Shown in pieces: positions 31,715 through 40,482 of a DNA stretch of 64,000 bases; position 1 is the first letter of the stretch; each line of letters begins with the position of its first letter. Source of the DNA: Desulfatiglandales bacterium (GTDB taxonomy: Bacteria > Desulfobacterota > DSM-4660 > Desulfatiglandales > Desulfatiglandaceae); assembly GCA_963666345.1 (NCBI GenBank), contig OY762721.1, positions 1,312,001 through 1,376,000 of the forward strand, written 5' to 3'. Made by a program: the position numbers and the translations under genes. The notes beneath the pieces are model-generated. The model was not told where the DNA came from. It did no database searches and worked only from the letters and a program-made list of their open reading frames with translations.

Positions 31715-32082
31715 CAACATAGACCAGACACCTTAAAAGATGCTCTCCTTCCTCAATGGCAGTAGCATGATAGCGGTCTTCCCAGAAGGCACCCTTTCTA
31801 TTTTTCCTTTGATTGTATTCCTGTCCTGTTCTGCCGGCTATCAATTTGATGGATTTCGGGATAACATCCCTTTCTCCATCATCTGATGCTATCAGGTGTA
31901 TATGGTTTGATGTTACAGCGTAATTAAGGATAGTTAACCCGTAACGTTTTCTTGCCTGGTATAGCCAGTAAAGCCAGCGACGTCGGTCTCTGGCAAACTT
32001 AAGCAGAAATTCCCTTTTATGGCATCGGTGTGTTATATGCCATGTATAACCAGGGATAAAATGCCTTTTTGCTCTTGCCATC

Positions 32083-32321
32083 ACCACAAACCTATAATGC
32101 CCTTTTCGGTATCAAAAATCGCAATATAGGCCTTATTTCAGGCCCTTTTCAGACTTGTTTCTAAGTTATTTCAGAATGTTATCGTGGCCCGACCCCCAAT
32201 CAACCACAAACCTATAATGCCCTTTTTGGTATCAAAAATCGCAATATAGACCCGATTTCAGACCCTTTTCAGACTTCTTTCTAAGTTATTTCAGAATGTT
32301 ATCGTGGCCCGACCCCCAATC
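32083..32321. repeat. Tandem duplication, 120-bp period
   Basis: 32083-32201 and 32203-32321 are near-identical. Confidence 0.9.
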
Positions 32322-32344
32322 CTACAGGATGTTGGGCAGATCTG

Positions 32345-32587
32345 TTACAATAAACTTAACGTAATTGTATTAATTTCAAAAGGTTTCCCAGTCTCTCCGA
32401 AATGGCTCTTAACCTTATCTGAAAGAGAGATGGGAACTTTATGGCCGTGAATAATTTTATTCGCACCATTTCTGGAAATTCTATAATGAGTACATTTGGG
32501 ACAGATCACGTGTTTGCCGTCGTATCCATTGGGCCGATCAATATTTTTAGTCCCAGCATCATTACACAAAAAACATTTTTGATTCAT
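32345..32587 (-). CDS. Small Zn-finger-like cassette protein
   Basis: CFLC...CPKC; GGAGG RBS. Confidence 0.65.
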   Translation of the reverse strand: MNQKCFLCNDAGTKNIDRPNGYDGKHVICPKCTHYRISRNGANKIIHGHKVPISLSDKVKSHFGETGKPFEINTITLSLL

Positions 32588-32623
32588 TTTTTACCTCCGA
32601 AAAGGGACTATCCCAATACACTC

Positions 32624-33103
32624 CTAAGGTTGATTAAGATAATTATCAATAACCTCCCTATGACCGTTAAATTTGGCATATAGTATTTCCTTAAGACCTC
32701 TTAGCCCTGGTTCCGCAACGAGCCTATCGAATTCAGATGCCTTAAGATTCAATTGCCTGCAATATTTGTCTAAAACTGTTTGTGGAGCTATTCCACCATG
32801 CATTTTTGCTACCTCTTTTGTGGCTTTTGATCTTGGAACACCCGAAAAATGAGTCATATAAACGACTTGTAAAATGTGCTCAAGAGCTTTAGGTGTGCCG
32901 GCAGGAACTGGGGGAAGATTATGACTTGCCGCCTTTCTTGGTTTGAATTGAGTAAGATTTTCACTGCTGGTTTTCCCAAATAAAAGCCTACGTAAAACAT
33001 CATTAGGTGTGTCAGTGAATGGTTCAGCTTGACTTTTAAGATAATCTAATACCTCTTGATCTATATCGATCGTGTGCATACGCATAACAGTACCTCCTCG
33101 CAA
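32624..33103 (-). CDS. Cassette protein with SeqA-N/RHH-like N-terminus
   Basis: TIDIDQEVLDYLKSQAEPF.DTPNDVLRRLL. Confidence 0.7.
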   Translation of the reverse strand: MRGGTVMRMHTIDIDQEVLDYLKSQAEPFTDTPNDVLRRLLFGKTSSENLTQFKPRKAASHNLPPVPAGTPKALEHILQVVYMTHFSGVPRSKATKEVAKMHGGIAPQTVLDKYCRQLNLKASEFDRLVAEPGLRGLKEILYAKFNGHREVIDNYLNQP

Positions 33104-33196
33104 AAATAAAAGGTTAAAGTGATCGGCGCGCCACTGTTATGCGTAATATACTTCAGTAATTACAGTCTGTCAAGTTTTTTAAGTGTAAATATTTGT

Positions 33197-33244
33197 GCCC
33201 AACGCGAAAATCACCGGTTTATCCGGTGCATTTTCTGGTTAGGA
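33197..33244 (-). other. attC site (short)
   Basis: + strand GCCCAAC..GAAAATCACCGG TTTAT CCGGTG[C]ATTTTC..GTTAGGA. Confidence 0.8.
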
Positions 33245-33291
33245 ATTAAGGATTGTATCCCAGGAATTCTCTGAATTCCCGTACGTTAATT

Positions 33292-36200
33292 TCAATCTTT
33301 TTTGTGTAACTTATTTATGAAATCTGACAAGAGGTCTGCTCTCAGGAACTCTGCATTAATTCCTTCGGACGGGAAGCTGGTCCACCAATGACTGTTCCTG
33401 CTCAGGTATATTGTTATTATTTTGGGCGGGTTCTTTTCGTCTATAGGCCATCTTAGGGCTCGGGCGATTTCAGCCAGATGTTTCTTTAGGTAATCTTCCC
33501 GTCTGTTGATTTGCTCGAAATATCCTTGTGACTTGCCTGGTATGCCGAAAATTTTCTCTCTCAGCCTTCTTGCGTCTTTGAGAGAGTGCGCTTGGAGCAG
33601 GTCTTTGCATTCGATATTCAGGATGATGTTTTTATCTTGATGAAATGACAAAACGTCGTAATCGCCCAGCTCTTGAGGATGATGCCCTTTGGGTTCAAGC
33701 TTATCCAGCTTTAGGTTTTTTTGCGCAAGTGGCGTATGCCTTTTGACTATTTCAAACGTCTTGTCCGCTAAGGCATCCTCGATAAGCTTTTTTTCCGAGG
33801 CTATTACCTGTTCTATATTTGGTGACTGTAAATCTGTTGGCAACCTACCCTCCGGGATAGTTGCTGACCATAGGAGTGCTGTCCTTCTTGCGGAATATGC
33901 TCCCCAATGGAACTGATTTCCCACTTTGATTATCGGCCGCAGATTGTATCTTGCATACCTCTTCCTGTATTCCCATACCGGCAAGTCTGAACAGGGCTCT
34001 TCTTGTCCTAATACTCGGATAACATCTTCCTTCTTTAGCGTCAGGAAATCGATTATCCGGCCGGCCTCTTCTAAGCTACAATCTGGAATGTTTTTGCTAA
34101 ATATTTCGATTGTTTCCTCAGAAGCGGCTTTGTAGCTCGTGCTTTCTTCAACATCCTTGGCAAATGTTGGCCAGAAAGACAGAATTTGTAAGGCATTTAC
34201 CATATTCTTCAGACTAAATCCTAAGTCTGCGATGCTTGCCTTATCGATTTCGTTTAATAGTTCCTCAACAGGTCTTGGTGATTCCACCCGGTCCTCCGAT
34301 TTTCCGATAAGGCCTAATTCGAGTTGTGCCATCATTTCAGAATATTGTTTCTCCTTGGTTTCCATTTCGGGCTCGTACATTACCTCTAAAAGAAAGTCTC
34401 TGTCGAGCTTCATCCCAACCGGCAGGATTCCATAATGGAGGTTATCGCTTGCGCTGTACAACACATGAAGCCAGTCTATCAGCGCGATAAAATACTGGAA
34501 TTGGGTCCTGGTTATTTTTTCTTTTCCTTTCGGCTCTATCTGCACTAATTTTTCTATAATGTACCTATAGTTTTTGTGGGTCTTTATGAATTCCGTGTGC
34601 TTCTCCGCGTGTCTTACTTCCGGCTGGTAGTCTGTTTCGTGTTGTAACGAATGTTTGATTCTGTGTCGGTGGCGCTCGTTTTCCGCATTAAGAGCATCAA
34701 TTCTTGTGAGCAGAAATGGGATGGCGGTTGTAAAGTCATATTTTGACACCTCGGAGTTTATTTCGGCCACTATTGCATCTCTTAGCCTGTTAATGATTGT
34801 TTTGGCTTCCTCAAGATGGTATTCGCCTTCCTGGACGTCTAGCTGGCTTGCAATTTCCGCTATCCTTTTCTTGGCCCTTTTGAAATGCGCTTTTTCCGGC
34901 TCTAAGGGGCTTATGAATTCAGGAAAACTTGCCGGTTTATCTACGGCAAACATCTTGAAACGTGGCTTTCCCGGTTTGGTTTTTTCAAGCTTTTCTATTA
35001 TGCTTCCAATTTCTTTGTCTGGAACCAGTTCGTCTAATCGGGCTAAAACTTCCAGCAGGATATCGACTTCAAGAGAGCAATCCGTGGCGTCGTTAAAGGT
35101 CTTTCGTATTTCTTCGTCATTAAAAACGACTCTTACACCTATAGTGCCTTTTCTAATCCTGGATAGGTCAGAACACCAATATTTTTCGATTCCACAAAGA
35201 TGCCGTACATGTTTGAATTTTTCGTCCTTAACCACCATTGATAATGGGAAAAATATTATATGCAGTTTTTCTGGTCTCTTAAAAAACGCATGTTCAGTAA
35301 AGATTGACTCTCTTCTTGACATGGAATCTTCGAGGCATTCCATCAATAAATTAGACAAGCTACCTTGAGGGTAATCCATAGCATCGAATGGCGCAGTCAT
35401 AGAAACTTCAGTTGGACCGATTCTTGAATATAACGCCGAGCCGAAATATCCTCTTGCCACCAGTCTAATTCTTGTATCAGTCTCCTTTTTGACCTTCCAG
35501 CTTTGTGGATGTCCGAAAAATCCATGCTCCGGAAATTCTTCCCAAAATGAGGATAGGGTCTTGTAGCGAAGGCTCGTACCCCAATGAGGGTCAATACTTA
35601 TAAAGTCTGGCTCAAGGGCTCCTCCTATTAGTATTCCCTGAGAGTCCTTGTAGGAGGCGAACTTATCGAGCATAGTGAATCCGGTCTGTAGCTTAGGTTC
35701 TATTTCGTCCAAATATTCGAAAAAGTCAGCGAGAGTTTCTGGGTTTTCAAGCTCATCTATCATCCCGAGAAATGAATCGAGGAACATTACCCTGCCAGGC
35801 AAATCCACAGGTATTCCAAAAGATCGTATTTGGGTAGATACTTGTGGAATAATTATTAAGATTTCAGGTTGTAGAGTTCTCTTTTCGTCTTCTGAACGAA
35901 ATTGCACATTTTGCCTGTCTAAGTGGAGAGCCAGTGTTGCCGGTTGTTGGCTGGCTAGTTCTATAGCCTTGTTGAGTTCCGGCGCTATTTTTCTGAATTT
36001 TTTTTCCAGTGAATTTGAAGACACTTTCGGGGTTAAAAGGTAGATGAGTATGAGCTTGTTTCCAGCGATGAAGGCTGTAGTGAAAATTATATTATGCGGC
36101 TTTCCATCTTTTTCTACGGCGCTTGCCACGTAGAATATATTGTCTTTTGGGATACGGTATTTAACGTATTGATGCAATCTTGCGCCAATTTTAAAAAGAA

Positions 36201-37104
36201 GCCGTCGCTTGTCAGGTTCGATTTTATCGATATGATTTCTATATGTTTCTGACCATGAATCGAACAGTATCGCGGAGTACCGCCTTGGAAGTATAGGATA
36301 ATATCTTGCTTTGTTTTTGATAAAGAATGCGGGAATTAGAGTCCCATCGAATATGCTATTGCCAAAAGTTTCGTATTCCAGTGAATCTCGGGGGTATTCA
36401 CCGAGGTTTAGAGTATAAAGATTTTTGAACTGAGCAGGCTCCAACTCATCTGGTACGAATGCTGTATAAAATGTTTTAGCGTTTTCCCAGAATTCTTTCG
36501 GCGGTATCTCTATATGACCTGGTTCGATGTCTAAAGTCTTACTGTCCGGCTGTGCTGTTATCCCCTCAATTATGGTTTCTTGAAGGGTTAAGCAATATCT
36601 GAGCTCCAGGGCCGGGTCTCTATGGCAATGCCTATAATATTCTTCCTTGTATGGTCCGTAAACCATCTGGAATATTTCCAGGTATTCGTTCACGTTCGAC
36701 AACTCATTCCCGTAGAACATCTTATAATTTTTTTCATCATGATGGAATTTTATCTCTCCCCAGTCAGGTTCAGGGATGTAGTCCTCCAATGATGGGAATG
36801 CTGGAAGGAGATTATATATCTTTTCGAGGAAGGCTGAGAAGCCTTCATAAGTATTTATGATGTCTTCCGTGGAAAACTCTTCTGGCATAACAGTCGCGAA
36901 TATAGCAATAAGGAGCTGATGCTTTACTTGACTTGCGATATTCGGGAGCCACATATTTGAAACAAATAAGGATATGGCGACATCCTCAACGCTGTATTTG
37001 CGAAACTCGCTTCTGATACTCTCGACGCAATCACTGAAGGCCGCTTTTTCCTTTTCAGGATCTATGTCAAACATTCTTCTTATCGCTTCAATTCCATTTT
37101 CCAT
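33292..37104 (-). CDS. 1270-aa cassette protein with C-terminal PD-(D/E)XK-like nuclease motif
   Basis: Long ORF ending just before an attC; GDYDVL...NIECK. Confidence 0.75.
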   Translation of the reverse strand: MENGIEAIRRMFDIDPEKEKAAFSDCVESIRSEFRKYSVEDVAISLFVSNMWLPNIASQVKHQLLIAIFATVMPEEFSTEDIINTYEGFSAFLEKIYNLLPAFPSLEDYIPEPDWGEIKFHHDEKNYKMFYGNELSNVNEYLEIFQMVYGPYKEEYYRHCHRDPALELRYCLTLQETIIEGITAQPDSKTLDIEPGHIEIPPKEFWENAKTFYTAFVPDELEPAQFKNLYTLNLGEYPRDSLEYETFGNSIFDGTLIPAFFIKNKARYYPILPRRYSAILFDSWSETYRNHIDKIEPDKRRLLFKIGARLHQYVKYRIPKDNIFYVASAVEKDGKPHNIIFTTAFIAGNKLILIYLLTPKVSSNSLEKKFRKIAPELNKAIELASQQPATLALHLDRQNVQFRSEDEKRTLQPEILIIIPQVSTQIRSFGIPVDLPGRVMFLDSFLGMIDELENPETLADFFEYLDEIEPKLQTGFTMLDKFASYKDSQGILIGGALEPDFISIDPHWGTSLRYKTLSSFWEEFPEHGFFGHPQSWKVKKETDTRIRLVARGYFGSALYSRIGPTEVSMTAPFDAMDYPQGSLSNLLMECLEDSMSRRESIFTEHAFFKRPEKLHIIFFPLSMVVKDEKFKHVRHLCGIEKYWCSDLSRIRKGTIGVRVVFNDEEIRKTFNDATDCSLEVDILLEVLARLDELVPDKEIGSIIEKLEKTKPGKPRFKMFAVDKPASFPEFISPLEPEKAHFKRAKKRIAEIASQLDVQEGEYHLEEAKTIINRLRDAIVAEINSEVSKYDFTTAIPFLLTRIDALNAENERHRHRIKHSLQHETDYQPEVRHAEKHTEFIKTHKNYRYIIEKLVQIEPKGKEKITRTQFQYFIALIDWLHVLYSASDNLHYGILPVGMKLDRDFLLEVMYEPEMETKEKQYSEMMAQLELGLIGKSEDRVESPRPVEELLNEIDKASIADLGFSLKNMVNALQILSFWPTFAKDVEESTSYKAASEETIEIFSKNIPDCSLEEAGRIIDFLTLKKEDVIRVLGQEEPCSDLPVWEYRKRYARYNLRPIIKVGNQFHWGAYSARRTALLWSATIPEGRLPTDLQSPNIEQVIASEKKLIEDALADKTFEIVKRHTPLAQKNLKLDKLEPKGHHPQELGDYDVLSFHQDKNIILNIECKDLLQAHSLKDARRLREKIFGIPGKSQGYFEQINRREDYLKKHLAEIARALRWPIDEKNPPKIITIYLSRNSHWWTSFPSEGINAEFLRADLLSDFINKLHKKD

Positions 37105-37409
37105 AAAGACTGCTACTCGTAATCAATTTGTGAATTTTGGGGACAGTTTTTTAATTAATATCTTGTCCCCAGAATACCTTTATCTGCAGCGGCCGCAGTG
37201 CTTCGGAAGGGAAGCAGTGGAGATCACTGCTCGTTATTTCGTTCCGCGCCGAGGGTAAACCGTTGAAACAGGCCGAGGACTGTTGTCCCTTCTCTCGCGA
37301 AGGTGCTCCAGGGCTCGGAAAGGGTGATCTCCACCATGCCCGTTTGCCGCAGTGCCAATGACGGAGGCTCTAACGGTATTCTTTTAATGTCAGACCCTTC
37401 GCCCGGCGG

Positions 37410-37537
37410 AATCAACGAAAAGCTAACCAGCGGCGGGATGATTGCCAACCCTCTTGGGAAAGCTCAAACTCTGGTTAACTGCTAATTCATACAAAATGCC
37501 CCGGTTTTAGCCGTCTGAGTTAAGCGCCTGGTTAGGG
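37410..37537 (-). other. attC site (long)
   Basis: AATCAAC..CTAACCAGCGGC...GCCGTCTGAGTTAAG..GTTAGGG; R'' matches the cassette start GTTAGGG. Confidence 0.65.
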
Positions 37538-38587
37538 TGAATCGCTGGCGAGCCACTTGAATAACAATGCCGCCGCCAAGGATGCACTTGCGGCTACGAT
37601 CCAAGAAACGAGCGTTGGCCAGACTCGTTCAAAAGCGCTTGCCTTTGTCTTGGTCAGGTTGATTTTTGCATTTGGGATAAACTTTGAGTGAATCCAAAGG
37701 AACGCTGTCAAGAGTATAAAAATTGATGCTACAAATATTCCACGATTTGCCAAAGAATCAATATCGGGGATGGCCACCAGCATAGCCAAAAAGATGAATT
37801 GATTTAAATTAAGACCAAACTTTTTGTAGGTAGTTACAAGTGTGCTTTCGTTCTTTTTTATTGCAGACGCTAGCGCATTTGCTTTACCGATAACCCAAGA
37901 TTCTCGAACCCCTTGGACCCTAACTTCATTAACGCCAAATGATGATACTTCGACGGTTACCACTTTGTTTACACCATGCGCGTCAGGCTCTTGAACAAAT
38001 ATTTTAAGATATTTTAGCTCGGCAGCTTCTGGTGGATTCTTAAGAAAATCATCGGCGTATTTCGTAACATCTGGGCCACCATCATTATACGTAACGATGG
38101 CTCTTCCTGAATCGAAATCAACAAGCACGTGTCCAATTAATTTTCGAATATCCTCTTCATATAGTATTAAAGCTCCGAGTTGTATATTCTGGTTATAAAA
38201 TTGCTCTGGCACACCAGCAAGATTCTCTGCTGCTTCTTTTTGCCCTTCACCATGAGGGTATAGCGAAAACAACCCCCCTGTCCCTAGTGTTGACTCCCAT
38301 TTGCCTTTCAAATAGCCCTCGGGCGTGAGGGTTCCTTGAATCGTTAGCTCACCAAGCTCTACTCCCTCCCGAGATTGTTTTGGCTGACCTATAAGAGAAA
38401 TGGTCTCTCCATATTCACCCTCAACATGGTACACAGCAGCGCCATATTGGTCATCCAAGAAACGAAATGTCCCGGACAATTTTTCCTTGTCTTCATCAAG
38501 TGCCAAGAAAACGTTTCCGGTATTGGTCCCATAGACGCGGCCAGCCCACAGTTTTCCTAATGTGCTCATTCTTGGATATCTCCTCAC
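37532..38587 (-). CDS. Cassette membrane protein (beta-rich N-terminus, 2-3 C-terminal TM helices)
   Basis: ORF bounded by attC sites; hydrophobic C-terminal segments. Confidence 0.75.
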   Translation of the reverse strand: MRRYPRMSTLGKLWAGRVYGTNTGNVFLALDEDKEKLSGTFRFLDDQYGAAVYHVEGEYGETISLIGQPKQSREGVELGELTIQGTLTPEGYLKGKWESTLGTGGLFSLYPHGEGQKEAAENLAGVPEQFYNQNIQLGALILYEEDIRKLIGHVLVDFDSGRAIVTYNDGGPDVTKYADDFLKNPPEAAELKYLKIFVQEPDAHGVNKVVTVEVSSFGVNEVRVQGVRESWVIGKANALASAIKKNESTLVTTYKKFGLNLNQFIFLAMLVAIPDIDSLANRGIFVASIFILLTAFLWIHSKFIPNAKINLTKTKASAFERVWPTLVSWIVAASASLAAALLFKWLASDSP

Positions 38588-38588
38588 A

Positions 38589-38645
38589 CCCTAACGAATT
38601 AATCAGCGGCCCGCTTTTTGGGTCCGCTGAATTTTCATGTTAAAT
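38589..38645 (-). other. attC site
   Basis: CCCTAAC..ATCAGCGGCCC..GGG[T]CCGCTGA..GTTAAAT. Confidence 0.85.
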
Positions 38646-38647
38646 TC

Positions 38648-39346
38648 TTACTTTAATGACGGCATAGGCTTATGTTTAATCACTAAATATAGAACATCAG
38701 ATTGGAACCATGGAGACGTTGTTTTTTGATCTTTAGCGTCAAATGTTTCTTCCACGTGTGAGATTCCAATTAAAGATAAGGCGTCACTTAACCTTTTTGC
38801 ATCACCTAACCGTGTTCCTTCAAATATTCCAATTGAAACGCCATATTCGTTCTGCGTGTAATTCTTTATCCGCATCGTTTGCCAATGTGCCTCACGCAAA
38901 GCCACATCAAAATCATTCGCGAAATCTGAACTCTCCGCATCCATCAATGTTGAGACGATTGCGACAGTTCCCGGATCATCAGTGAGAAGCTTAATCAACT
39001 TCTCACTTTGAGCATTTGTCAAACGACGTGGCTTGACTTCGCTTTCAAGTTTATTTGCTTTAGCCTCCGTCCGTGCTAACTGATCTGATTGTGTCACAAT
39101 AAAATTTTGAAGCTCATCGACTTTCTTGTTGGAATTGTAGGTTTCCATCGAATTTATAACCATAAGCATCAATGCAAATACCGGGAGTCCCCAATTTACT
39201 AAAAGAAATTCCAAACCAGTGCGCCATTTTTCTTTTCCAATTTTAGCAGATTTGAATGCAACCCATCTCTTCCCATGATCGAAATATGCGGGAAGAAAAG
39301 AAATAAAGCAAAGAGCTATGTTTAAAAATAATGATAATTTCCACAT
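38648..39346 (-). CDS. Cassette hypothetical protein (two N-terminal hydrophobic helices, coiled coil)
   Basis: ORF bounded by GTTAAAT / ATTTAAC cores. Confidence 0.75.
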   Translation of the reverse strand: MWKLSLFLNIALCFISFLPAYFDHGKRWVAFKSAKIGKEKWRTGLEFLLVNWGLPVFALMLMVINSMETYNSNKKVDELQNFIVTQSDQLARTEAKANKLESEVKPRRLTNAQSEKLIKLLTDDPGTVAIVSTLMDAESSDFANDFDVALREAHWQTMRIKNYTQNEYGVSIGIFEGTRLGDAKRLSDALSLIGISHVEETFDAKDQKTTSPWFQSDVLYLVIKHKPMPSLK

Positions 39347-39364
39347 TTTTAATTTCTAATTTAA

Positions 39365-39515
39365 CGGCCCCGCGGATCAGCGGCGGGCGAACGCGCGAGC
39401 TTGCTCGCGTGGATGACCGACCGCTGCATCCGCTTGATGGCCGGCGCGCAGCGCCGGACAGCATGCGGATGATAATACGCGGGGCCGATGGCACGGCGCG
39501 TAGCGTCCGTGCCAT
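39365..39515 (-). repeat. 151-bp gene-less cassette, copy 4 from attI
   Basis: Near-identical to the three other copies; G|ATGGCAC...GGGGCCG|TT junctions. Confidence 0.95.
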
Positions 39516-39580
39516 CATCGAGATCACCTGCCGCTATGTAGCGCAGCGGAGTAGCGGTCAGGTGGAGCGCCTTGTTAGCC
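39516..39580 (-). other. attC site (R' converted to GATGGCA by the 151-bp unit)
   Basis: TCACCTG CCGCTA...TAGCGG[T]CAGGTG..GTTAGCC. Confidence 0.85.
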
Positions 39581-40211
39581 CAGTGACGGTTCTATAAAGA
39601 CTTGCTATTACTGGAATAAATATCGGCGGTGTCAGCTTTAGAACTATTTGTCTAATCGATTTTTTATCGGCTTTCTGCCATTTTGCGTACTTTTCTGTAA
39701 ACTCTGTTAAAGAAGGCTTATCATTTTTAAAGCCAATTCCTACTATTGTATGAGGAAAACTCTCATTACCTTGAAATCCCACGAAAGACTTATCGAAGGG
39801 CTTCAAAATTGATTTGAATGCTTCAGGTGTGAATCGCCAATAATCATAGGGATGATCGTGAATAGGAAAATCCATAACAGAACTAATTACTGCAATTCCA
39901 TTAGGTTTAAGTATTCGATGTATCTCTTCTAATGCCTTACGGGGATATTCAACATGTTCCAGTGTATCAAAACACAAAACTGTTCCAACGGATTCAGAAG
40001 GGATGTCAATCGCATGTAAATCCAATATCTTATCAACGCCTAGGCCTTCTCGCATGTCACAACCAATATATTCTTTATTGCGGAATAACGGACGCAAATC
40101 CGCAAACCCTATCTGCTCAGGTACTTGAAATGAACCAAATTCATATATAGGTTCAAGGGTTGGTAACGTTATGCTTACTATGCTTGCAAAGTCTTTAACG
40201 TTCTGTCTCAT
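39558..40211 (-). CDS. Cassette SAM methyltransferase (type 11-like)
   Basis: EFGS, YIGCD..G.GVD, TLEHV..P, RILKP.G, H..P.DYWRFT; stop lies inside attC. Confidence 0.85.
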   Translation of the reverse strand: MRQNVKDFASIVSITLPTLEPIYEFGSFQVPEQIGFADLRPLFRNKEYIGCDMREGLGVDKILDLHAIDIPSESVGTVLCFDTLEHVEYPRKALEEIHRILKPNGIAVISSVMDFPIHDHPYDYWRFTPEAFKSILKPFDKSFVGFQGNESFPHTIVGIGFKNDKPSLTEFTEKYAKWQKADKKSIRQIVLKLTPPIFIPVIASLYRTVTGLTRRST

Positions 40212-40235
40212 ACTAATTCCTCTTTTTCGGGCTAA

Positions 40236-40386
40236 CGGCCCCGCGGATCAGCGGCGGGCGAACGCGCGAGCTTGCTCGCGTGGATGACCGACCGCTGCAT
40301 CCGCTTGATGGCCGGCGCGCAGCGCCGGACAGCATGCGGATGATAATACGCGGGGCCGATGGCACGGCGCATAGCGTCCGTGCCAT
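40236..40386 (-). repeat. 151-bp gene-less cassette, copy 3
   Basis: As the other copies; hairpin-loop variant A. Confidence 0.95.
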
Positions 40387-40442
40387 CGCCGATCTTCAGC
40401 GGGCGCGGCTTTTTGCGATCCGCTGCAAGAGCATGGTTATGA
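40387..40442 (-). other. attC site
   Basis: CTTCAGCGG...CCGCTG[C]AAG..GTTATGA; matches the cassette start GTTATGA. Confidence 0.85.
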
Positions 40443-40482
40443 AATAATCAGTGTTACTTGCTCAAAACGCTCTTTCCCATTC

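Larger units (their letters stand above)
31006..32087 (-). pseudogene. REP-associated-type tyrosine (HUH) transposase split by a GIY-YIG insertion
   Basis: N-part HITHRC, NHIHL, FWEDRY, YVD (31695-32087); C-part MVRAG..HP..W (31006-31425). Confidence 0.85.
30957..32321 (-). mobile_element. RAYT/Y1-transposase element with inverted ends
   Basis: TTGGGGTCGGGCCATGACAAC 30978-30998 is inverted relative to GTTATCGTGGCCCGACCCCCAA 32178-32199 and 32298-32319. Confidence 0.75.

Noticed and set aside
39365..39515. Unit as a group IIC-attC intron or IS1111-attC remnant
   Set aside because: No RT or transposase and no GTGCG 5' end seen; it sits at the R' crossover rather than at the sites within attC that those elements target.
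39243..39597. ORFs across the 151-bp unit (MARTLRAVPSAPR... and its antisense)
   Set aside because: No RBS, variable ends between copies, out of frame with the downstream genes; open frames are expected in GC-rich palindromic DNA.
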